Positions 50,725 through 60,009 of a DNA stretch of 64,000 nt are shown here, piece after piece. This DNA comes from Kiritimatiellia bacterium (GTDB lineage Bacteria; Verrucomicrobiota; Kiritimatiellia; RFP12; UBA1067), in the NCBI GenBank assembly GCA_050949565.1, contig JBMNFY010000017.1:160001-224000 (forward strand). The letters are read 5' to 3'. The notes below the pieces were generated by a model, which saw only the letters and a list, made by a program, of their open reading frames with translations, had not been told where the DNA came from and did no database searches. The position numbers were made by a program, and so were the translations under genes. Position 1 is the first letter of the stretch; every line of letters begins with the position of its first letter.

Positions 50725-53700
50725 ATGAAAATTAGGCGTCTCGAAGTGGTTGCGTGGGTATTAATCGGAACGGCGACGACACTGCTGGCCGCAGACGGCA
50801 CGTGGATCGCGCCGGGAGGCGGCGCATGGAGTGACACGTCGAAATGGCAGAATCAGACGGTAGCCGAAGGCAGCGGAGCAACCGCCACCTTCGACGCGGC
50901 CGGCAGCGGCACGGTGAACAATGACATGACCGCGCTCGCGTTGCGCGGCGTGCTGCTCGGCGGCGCGGGTTACACCCTGGCCGGCAACACGCTGGCGCTC
51001 GACGCGGCGGGGTTCATTACGGTGCTAGGAGGCAGCCACACCGTCGGGCTGCCGCTGACGCTGGGCGGCGACACGACCGTCACGGCGGCGTCGGGTGCCG
51101 CGCTCGCGCTGGATGGCGACATCGATGGCGCAGGAGGCCTCACCCTCTCAGTCGGCAATGTGGCGCTCGGTGGAGCCAACACCTTTTCCGGTCCCTTCAA
51201 CCATGTCCGAGGCATCATTTCGTTCGCAGACCCTGCCGCGCTCGGCGCGAGCACCGCGCCTGCCATCCTCGGCGAGGGTGCCTACCGCTACACCGGTCCC
51301 TCCGCCACCTTTGCCCGCGGCCTCACACTGCGCGCTGGCGTGCAGGCCGCTACGAATCGTGCTGCGGTCATAGACATTACCGATCCCGATACCACGCTCA
51401 CCGTCTCCGGCCGGGTCCGCACGGAAGGAGGCGCGTTCGTCAAGACCGGTCCCGGCACCGTCGCCTTCACATATCCCGGCGCGCAGACCATCGGCCTGAA
51501 CAGCTATGGCACGGCTAACGGTGTCCTTGCTTTTGATGAAGACGGCATCCTCACGAATGGCAACAACCGTTTCACCATTGAACGCGGTACCATGCGCCTT
51601 GGAGCACCCGGCCAGACCAACGTCATCCAGGCCGGCTGGGTCGGTTGCCGCAGTCTCTACTCACCGACGCTCGAAATCAACGGCGGCTACCACCGCTTCG
51701 TCAACGACTACTTCACCATCGCCCGTGGCACCGGCACCATCGCATCGCCACAGTCGCCCGGCATGATCGTGGACGGCGGAGCGACGGTCGTCATGGAAGG
51801 TTCGGGGTTTGTCATGGACAATGCGCATGGGCAATCGAATCATCGCGGACGCCCCCTGGCTGCGTGTCGACGGCGGTTCCACCTTTAAAGTCAACGGGCA
51901 CGTCTTTCTCGGCGAGAACGACAGAGCCACCGGCACCGTCGATATCGTCAACGGCTCCACCTTCATCTCTGACAATCAGACTCACAACCGCGGCATGATC
52001 GTCTCGCCCGCGACCGGTGCGGACATGACGATCACATTTGATTCAGTTTCCACCAACCAGACCTATTTGATGCGCGTAGGGCGCGGCGGTAAAGTCACCT
52101 ACAAAGGCGGCAGCGTGCTTGAACTTGACGGTTCGCCAACCACCGCCACCGCAGGGGGCAACACCGAAGGTTCCGTAACCTTCGACAATGCGACGCTCAG
52201 ACAGCGTACCCCCTCACGCTCATCCGATTGGTTTCCCGGAAGCCACGATCTATCCGTTGGTCCCGGCGGACTGACTGTCGATGTCAGTAAATACGCTTGG
52301 ATCGGTCCGGCTTTAAAAGCGGCGGGGACAGGCGGCGCGATCACCAAAACCGGACCGGGCATGCTGGCCATTTCGTCACCGCAGGTTCCGGTCACGGTCG
52401 CCGAGGGTACGCTCGCGCTCGTGGCCGATGCCGTGAATGTCGCGCCGGCATCCTCCGCGTCGGTCACCGCGCTGCCCGGCGCAGCCGTCGAAGTTTCCGG
52501 CGCCAACGCACTCGCCGTCACGCCCGTCACGACGGATGCGCTTTTGCTGAAGGCACCGTCGCTTACAGCCTATCCCGATGAGTGGGTCTTCCAAAAAGCC
52601 GCCCAAGCCGGACGAAACGACGGCCATCTGCGTCTTACGCCAGACCACAGCGCAGGCAACGGCTACGCCTGGCTGGCACGCAAACGCGCCGTCACCGGCC
52701 CCTGGACCGCCCGCTTCACGTACCGGGTCTTTGCTCAGATGACCCAGCCTGCCGACGGTGTGGCGCTCATCATCCAGAACGACGCGCGCGGCACATCTGT
52801 ATCTGAAGGCGGCGCCCAGAACGTAGGCTATCAAGCCGATACCGGTGTGCCGGGCATCACCAATTCCGTCGCCATCGGTCTGCTCGGCTACGCCGGCTAC
52901 CGCTGGCTCACTCTCGGGCAAGCCGGACTCTGGACGGTGACCAACACCGTGCTACCCGTTTTGGACAACAGCGGTGCCCCATGGCATGTCACGGTCCGAT
53001 ACGACGGAGCCGGAACACTCGGCGTTGAGGTCGAGCGTCCCGACCGCCTGTTCCGGCACGCGCAAACCTATGCCGTGAACCTCGCCGATGAGGTCGGCGC
53101 TGACGAGGCGTATGTCGGGTTCGCCGCCGGAACCGGCGGATCCTGGGGTGCACACACCATCACCGATTTCACGTTCGAGAGCGACGTAGACAGCCCGCGT
53201 TCCGCCGCCATTCCGTATCGTCTCGGCGGTGCCTTCACCCTCGGCGCGGACGAGACGCTAGCGGTCTCGCTACGTCTCTCTACCATGCACTCTGCCTTCG
53301 CGCTTGGCTCGCTGACCTATTCGGCCGGTGCCGCGCTCGACATCTCGACCACCGCCGCCGACGCCATTCCCGTGCCTGCGCCCCTACCCGCGATTACGTT
53401 GGCCGACCAGCCCCTGTGGTCCCTCTCGGGATCGGCACGCTGGCTCCCGGACGGCACACTCGCCCATACCATCGCCGCCTCCGGTCAACCCGGGGGCGGG
53501 TCGCTGACCACCAACCGATATCCCGTCGCCGGTTCGTGGACCGCACAGATCGGTTACGCGTTCGGCGAGGCGAGCCCCTGGCCGGCTGATTACATCCAGT
53601 TCCGTTTCGTGAACGGCAGCAGAAATTTCGCCGTTCAATGGCGCTACTACGACGGCAACATCCGCTCCACCCGCCTCAAGATTGTCAAAAACAACGACAC

Positions 53701-55411
53701 ACAGGTCATCACCGATGACATCGCGCCGGTCACCCTGACCAACCGCATCCCTGCGACCTTCATCGTGAACTACGATTCACCCGCGAAGGTGCTGACCGTC
53801 ACCTCCGTTCAGGACGGCGTCGGCACGAATGTCACCGCTATTTCCGACATCGACATCGCTGCCGTCCTCGGCACCACCGAAGCCCAGATCGGCTTCGACG
53901 GCGCGACCGGAGGACAGTGGACCGAGAACATCATCACCGACTTCTCGTTCACGCCCCTATCGCTACCCGATCTCGCGCCGACGCCATCATCAAGCGCCCC
54001 CGCATCTCTTGCCTTCGACAGTTACAGCGGCACAGGGCCTCTCACCGTACGCGGCGGCACGCTCAACCTGCCGGGTAATATCGACCGTCCGACCGCAAAC
54101 CTCGCCATTAAACTGGAGGATGGCGCGGGCCTGCTGCTCGGCAAGACCTCCCTCGCCCCGCTCGACTCCACGCTGAACCCGCGTTCGGACTGGCTGTTCA
54201 GCGCCATCGGCTCCTGGGCATCCGGCGGCGCCATGCAGTTCTGCGCGGCCGTCAACAGTACCAACGGCACGGTCACATCGACACGCCGCGTCCGCGTTTC
54301 AGATGCCTGGACATGTTCATTCGACTACACCTGGGGCAAGGGCATGAACAGCCCCGCCGACGCCTTCTGCATGTTCCTGCACAATGACCCACGTGGACCA
54401 GGTTACTCCAGAGGCAACACCACAGGAGCCGGCTTCGAGGGGATGCAGAACAGTGTCGGTGTGCGTTGGTACTTCTATCCCTATAACACCACCGGATACA
54501 AGAACCGCGTAACGATCGGCTATGGCGGTGTATTCCCCGTGGCCTCTATGCAACTGCATGAACCTGTCATCTTTTACAGCAATGCCGTCACGCGCGTCAC
54601 CGTGCAATACGACCCCATCGCCAAGACACTCACGAGTATCATCGGCAACGACGGCCCCCGTTCCGACACGCTCAATCCGTCGCGTGAGTTCCGCGCCGTT
54701 ACCAACGTTTTCACCGACGTGGACATTGCCCAGCGCGTTGGCGGCGATTATGCGTATGTCGGTTTCGGCGGGGGCACCGGCGGCGTGAACGCCGAAATGC
54801 GCGCCTGCGGTGTACACTTTGCCTCTGACACACCGTACGACGCCATGTCCGACGTCGACTCGCTCGCGTCACTGGAACTGCCCGCCGGAGCGACCGGCCA
54901 TGTCACGCTCGACTCTCCCGTGCCGGACGCCACGTTCAACATTCCGGCGCTCACGCTGGGTGACGGCGCGACATTCGCGCTCGCTGCTTGCGACACCTCC
55001 ATCCCAACCCTCGCGCTCAGCGCGGTGACACTCAACGGCGATGGGACCCTCGACGTGGCAGCCACCGCCCGTTGCGAAGCGGGGACCGTCACCGGGACGG
55101 GATCGCTCGCTAAGCGCGGTGCAGGCACGTTGGCGCTCGCCGACATAGCCGCCTACACCGGCGACACACAACTCGAAGCCGGCACGCTGGCACTCGACGC
55201 GGCGCGGCTGCCGCGTACCGACCTGCACGTCACCTCCGGCGCGACGCTCAACCTGGCCTTTACCGGCAAGCAGCATGTGCACGCGCTCTTTGTGGACGGT
55301 GCGCCGATGCCCGGCGGGCGCTACACGGCAGCGAACGCCGCATGGATCACCGGCCCTGGTACGCTAATCGTAACCTATCCACCAAGCGGCTCGATTCTCT
55401 TCCTGAGGTAG
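50725..55411 (+). CDS. Large secreted beta-strand-repeat protein with three legume-lectin-like domains; +1 frameshift at C5 51852-51856
   Basis: AAGGAG RBS, signal peptide, KTGPG/KRGAGTL repeats, PADG..YVGF...TGG lectin-like modules. Removing one C joins the two ORFs (HRGRPWLRVDGG). Ends GSILFLR. Confidence 0.8.
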
Positions 55412-55420
55412 AGGCGGTGC

Positions 55421-57136
55421 CTACTCGGCCCACGTGAACGTCAGTCCGCCGAACTGGAAGGGCGAGGCCTCGAACATGACGCGCAGCACATGACGTCCGG
55501 CGGTGAGAAAAACCGTTTTTTCGGGCAGGGGCTTGAAGTCGGCCCACCAGTTCTTGCCTGTCGTGAAGTCCGTGCCGAAGATAAAGTCCGCCAGCGGTTT
55601 GCCGTCGCACTCGATAATGATTTTGTCTTTTTTGTCGGACGGGAAGGCCTGATCGGCAACACGGGCAAGACAGGGCGCAACCCGGTAGCGGCCTGTTTTT
55701 TCAACGTCCACCGTATAGATGACCCACATGCTGCGGAACGCGCCGATCCCGTTTTCATTCGGCGCATTGATGCCTTCGTCCGTGCGGAAGGTGAGATCCC
55801 ACGCGGGCTTACGGAATATGTTCTGCTTCAGATAGGTGAAATACGCCACGCCCTGGCCGCCTTCGTCATAGTATCCGGGCGTGATATGGCCGGGAATGAC
55901 TTGCGCTTTGTTCCTATACGGGCGGTGGTTGTCAGCCTCGGAACTTTTGACCTCCAGCATCACGGGTGCCGACTGTCCGATCAGCCCCTTGGAATCGCAG
56001 GCCATAGCAATGAGAATGTTCTCGCCGGTATAGAGCCGCTTAGCCGGCAACGTAAACAACGCCGACGGCGCGGCTTTTTCGGCGCGGATACGTCCATTGC
56101 TGAACAGGCAGAGGTTGGTCACTGCCGCACCGTCTGCCGAGGCTGTCACGCGGAAGGTCACATCGTCGTCCGGACGAACCACGCGCACAGACGGCTCCAG
56201 TTGCAGGGTGACGCTCGGTCTGGCCCTCCCATCCGTGTCCTCCTCGTAAACGCGGACATAATCCACCATCAATGAGTCGGGCCATTGCCCGTCGGCATAG
56301 TCACCCATCCAGTCCTTGGAGCGGTTCGGATCGCGGAAACAGCCGGAGATCCAGATGCACATCGGCTGCGTCGTTACGGGGACCTCTCGGTAGTTCAGCC
56401 GCAAGGTCTCTTTGCCGTCGCAGTAGAAAACATACTCCAGCGGCGTCCACTCCACGCCGATGACGTGAAAGGCATTCCAGTCGTCCACCGCGACGTGCTT
56501 GCCGCGTGAGATGCTGTGAAGGCTGTTGCCTTCCAGTTCGCCGACGCGCTTGTCGTTCTCACTGGCATAACCCAACTGCGAGTCGAAATGGATGTTGTGC
56601 GTGAATTCGGGGCTTTTCTTTGGCTTGGGGTAGTCTTCGAACATATCGATTTCCTGTCCCATGACGAAAGGGTTCGGTCCGACCTCAACGCCGTAAAGCC
56701 AAACGGCACCCCACCAGCCCGGTTCGCGGGTGAACCGGGCGCGCGTTTCAAAGTAACCGTACGTGCGCTGGAATTTCCCTTTGGTTCGGGCACCTGCATG
56801 ATAGCGGTAGGCACCGTCCGCATCGCAGGTGACCTTGACGACGAAGTGGCCGTTCCCGTCCACTCCGGCATGGTCATTGTCCCAGATGCCCTTCGCACCG
56901 TTCCAACAGAACGCCATGCCGGGCCGAGGGGGGCAGAACGACCACTTCGTCGTATCCAGCGTTTTCCCGTCGAACTCGTCTTGGAAGACCAGCTTCCATT
57001 TCTTATGCGGCGGCAGCAGCGACTCGGCCGCAGCGACAGACTGAGGACAAGTGGAAAACAATGTCCCCGAGAACAGCACAAGCGTTGTACAGAGAACCGG
57101 TAAGCGACTGCCCGCCCATTTCGATATACCTTCCAT
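55421..57136 (-). CDS. GH16 glycoside hydrolase with Ig-like and C-terminal CBM6/35-like domains
   Basis: WKLVFQDEFDG, YGYFETR, EIDMFE catalytic motif, FHVIGVEW, VDYVRVY; YDEGGQGVAY in the C-terminal module. Confidence 0.88.
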   Translation of the reverse strand: MEGISKWAGSRLPVLCTTLVLFSGTLFSTCPQSVAAAESLLPPHKKWKLVFQDEFDGKTLDTTKWSFCPPRPGMAFCWNGAKGIWDNDHAGVDGNGHFVVKVTCDADGAYRYHAGARTKGKFQRTYGYFETRARFTREPGWWGAVWLYGVEVGPNPFVMGQEIDMFEDYPKPKKSPEFTHNIHFDSQLGYASENDKRVGELEGNSLHSISRGKHVAVDDWNAFHVIGVEWTPLEYVFYCDGKETLRLNYREVPVTTQPMCIWISGCFRDPNRSKDWMGDYADGQWPDSLMVDYVRVYEEDTDGRARPSVTLQLEPSVRVVRPDDDVTFRVTASADGAAVTNLCLFSNGRIRAEKAAPSALFTLPAKRLYTGENILIAMACDSKGLIGQSAPVMLEVKSSEADNHRPYRNKAQVIPGHITPGYYDEGGQGVAYFTYLKQNIFRKPAWDLTFRTDEGINAPNENGIGAFRSMWVIYTVDVEKTGRYRVAPCLARVADQAFPSDKKDKIIIECDGKPLADFIFGTDFTTGKNWWADFKPLPEKTVFLTAGRHVLRVMFEASPFQFGGLTFTWAE

Positions 57137-57513
57137 CACGGCAACACCTCCCATTGTCCGCCTTCAGCTAGACCAACACATCCATGTTTTGAAACTTATC
57201 ACAACAGAGAGTTGAACGCCAGAGGAACAACTGGATGAGAAAAAGCCATCTGGCAGAAATCAGAAACATGGCCGCACAGCCGGGATCGCGTTGAGGCCAG
57301 AGCAAAAACAACGCAGTGCTTTTCGTTTATTTCGTGCCGTTCGTGGTTCAAGAAAAACCAAAAACCATCGTGATCTTTGCGCCTTTGTGTGAGAAATAAT
57401 TCCGTAACGGCTAAAAACCAAAAAATTACGGTTGAAAAGCCGCCCGGTTTTGCTATCTTGGCGGTTCTACATCGGACAGACCGGAGCGGTTACGAAGAGG
57501 AGAAGAAGGTCAC

Positions 57514-57669
57514 ATGAGTCAGCATAGCAGTTTGAAGGGTTCGGGTAAAATCACGGCGAAGCGCAATGTGTTGAAGCGTTTCGAGCGTGTCAACCTGTTG
57601 AAAAAGCGCGGCCAGTGGAAAGACGGCGATCGCGGCCTGGGCCTGCCCAAGACCAAGCCGGAAGAATAA
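57514..57669 (+). CDS. PVC-superphylum small basic protein
   Basis: Manual translation MSQHSSLKGSGKITAKRNVLKRFERVNLLKKRGQWKDGDRGLGLPKTKPEE; GAGGAG upstream; below the ORF-track size cutoff. Confidence 0.92.
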   Translation: MSQHSSLKGSGKITAKRNVLKRFERVNLLKKRGQWKDGDRGLGLPKTKPEE

Positions 57670-57852
57670 TCGTCCCGGCGGACTACGCGTTTTTACATCG
57701 TCAACCGCTTGTGTAACGGTATCCCGCACGGGGTTCGTATGCAGGCGGTTTTTCTGTTTCGACCGCAATCGGTTAATGACAGGGATACGCGAGTCCAGCG
57801 CGTGTTTTGTGCGTACGCATTTTCTTGAACGTTGAACGTTGGGTGTTGAAAG

Positions 57853-58818
57853 TTGAGCGTTTTCGCAAGCCAGGCGAACGGATTTGCAAGCCTACACCTG
57901 CTGGCGCTTCTATTGGCGTTGGCAGGCGGAACGGTCTGTGCCGAAACGGACGGTGGCGGCAGCGTACGTGGCATCCAAGGGCGTTTCGCGCTCTATGCCA
58001 CGACCAATCCTCCGCTCGAAGCGATCACTTGGCTGCCCGCCGAGACCGTGCTCGCCGTCGTGGGCGAATTGACCGACGCCCCTTGGACGCCGGTCAGGGC
58101 ACCTGACACGCTCTCGGTGTGGATCTATCGCGACCTCGTCCGTGACGGCAAAGTGCTGGCCGACAAGAGTTTGGTACGGGCTGGCGCAGGCACAGCCTTC
58201 CGTCCGCTCGCCAGCCTCGACCGCGGCACGCCCGTTGAGGTACGCGGCCCGTACGGTGACTGGCTCAAGATCGCCCCGCCGCCCAGCATGACGTTCTGGG
58301 TGTTGCGCGATCAGGTCGAGCCGCTCGCCGAACAGCCCCGCGAGATCGACGCGGCACAGGCACGGGCCGACTTGTACAGCGCACTGCTCGACGCATTCTC
58401 CGGTCCGTCGTCTGCGCAACCGCCTGATCCGGACGCATCGCCCGACCTGAACGCATTACCTGATCCGGCTGTGCCTGTCCCCGATCTCCCCTCCCCGCCC
58501 AAACCGCCCCGTGCGGTGCCGCGCCCGCCGGAGTTGGCCGATTATGCCTTGGATGAGACTGCCATCCAAGGCGAACGTGTCACGCTGCGCGGCACGCTGG
58601 ACTGGGGCGGCGTGGATCCGATATCCGCTCCCTTCTGCCTCGTCGCCCGTGAACCGGACGGTGATGCCGTGCCGCTTTGCAACCTGCTGGCCCCGGAAAT
58701 CACATACGGTCCGCACATCGGCGCCGAGGCCACCGTTGAGGGCACACGCTGGTTTGTCAAGGGTGCCCGCCTGCCCTTTGTCATTCCGTTGGCTGTGCGG
58801 ATTTCCCCGCGAAAATGA
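57853..58818 (+). CDS. Secreted SH3-like domain protein with Pro-rich linker
   Basis: Hydrophobic leader, VRAGAGTAF...GTPVEVRGPYGDWLKIAPP bacterial SH3 motif. Start uncertain; it overlaps a heptamer repeat. Confidence 0.7.
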   Translation: MSVFASQANGFASLHLLALLLALAGGTVCAETDGGGSVRGIQGRFALYATTNPPLEAITWLPAETVLAVVGELTDAPWTPVRAPDTLSVWIYRDLVRDGKVLADKSLVRAGAGTAFRPLASLDRGTPVEVRGPYGDWLKIAPPPSMTFWVLRDQVEPLAEQPREIDAAQARADLYSALLDAFSGPSSAQPPDPDASPDLNALPDPAVPVPDLPSPPKPPRAVPRPPELADYALDETAIQGERVTLRGTLDWGGVDPISAPFCLVAREPDGDAVPLCNLLAPEITYGPHIGAEATVEGTRWFVKGARLPFVIPLAVRISPRK

Positions 58819-58866
58819 GATTGGCGTCTCGCCAACCGACACCCCATTTATTATACTGGTCGGCTT

Positions 58867-60009
58867 ATGGAAGGAAAATTATATCTTATCTGCGGTGATG
58901 ACGATTATCTCGTCGATACGGCTGCGCGCGAGCGGATCAATCAGCTCGTGCCGGAGGCGGATCGGGAGTTCGGCGTTGAAATCGTGGACGGTCAGCGAGA
59001 CACCGCAGATGAGATCACCGAGGCCGTAAACGCCTGCATGGAATCGGTGCAGACTCCCGGCTTTTTCGGCGCCACCAAAGTCACTTGGTTTCGCGACGTC
59101 ACCTTCCTCACCGGCGGCGGTCGCAGTGCCGGAACGATAGCCGCCAAAGAGGCGGTCCAGAAGCTCACAACGTGGCTTAAAGGCGGCTTGCTCAGCGGTC
59201 AAACCTTGATCATCACGACGACCAAGGTGTTGCGCAACTCCACATTTTTCAAAACCTGCCAGCAACAGGGCGAGGTTCAAGACTTCGGGAGCGGACACAA
59301 GGCTTGGGAGCTTGAGAAGTTGGCCGGCGAACGTGTGGATGCCCTGTTCAAGCAAGCAGGACTCACCGTCGACGCGAAAGCACGCGACGAGTTTCTCAAA
59401 CGCGTCGGTCACGACACGCGGCTCTTGGTGAGCGAGGTTGAAAAGTTGCGTCTCTACGTAGGTGTCGGCAAACGTGTGACCGTTGAAGACGTGCGCGAGA
59501 TCACCTCCATCGGCCGCGAGGCTGAAGCGTGGGACCTTCTTGATGCCTTCGGCGAACGTAACGCACTAGGCGTCCTGACCACTCTCAACCGCTTGAGCGG
59601 CCAGCGCGGTATCGGCGTCATGCTTGCCACGATGCTGGAAAGAACCGTGCGCGACCTGTTGATCCTGCGTGAGGCCCATGACCGCAAATGGGTCTACGGC
59701 GGCACGGGCGGTGCCTGCGGCTGGAATAAGAATCTGCCGCCAGAAACCGCCGCGCTACTCAGCACACTGCCAGTCAACCCGACTGCGACAGGCACATGGA
59801 TGCTGAAAAAAAAGCTGCCCCATGCCCTCAACTTTACGCTGATGGAGCTTCGTGTAGCGCGCCACCGCATCTTGGACTTGCGCGAAAAGCTCGTGTCGTG
59901 CGCACTGCCCGAAATGTTTCTGCTGGAAACCACCCTGTTGCGGATTATCGGTAACCCCCGTCGGACAGCGGCTGGCCCCAAGCGCCCGGCCGCAGCAGGA
60001 GCGCGATGA
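58867..60009 (+). CDS. holA: DNA polymerase III delta subunit
   Basis: YLICGDDDYL, TPGFFG, SEVEKLRLY, VTVEDV, WDLLDA. Confidence 0.85.
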   Translation: MEGKLYLICGDDDYLVDTAARERINQLVPEADREFGVEIVDGQRDTADEITEAVNACMESVQTPGFFGATKVTWFRDVTFLTGGGRSAGTIAAKEAVQKLTTWLKGGLLSGQTLIITTTKVLRNSTFFKTCQQQGEVQDFGSGHKAWELEKLAGERVDALFKQAGLTVDAKARDEFLKRVGHDTRLLVSEVEKLRLYVGVGKRVTVEDVREITSIGREAEAWDLLDAFGERNALGVLTTLNRLSGQRGIGVMLATMLERTVRDLLILREAHDRKWVYGGTGGACGWNKNLPPETAALLSTLPVNPTATGTWMLKKKLPHALNFTLMELRVARHRILDLREKLVSCALPEMFLLETTLLRIIGNPRRTAAGPKRPAAAGAR

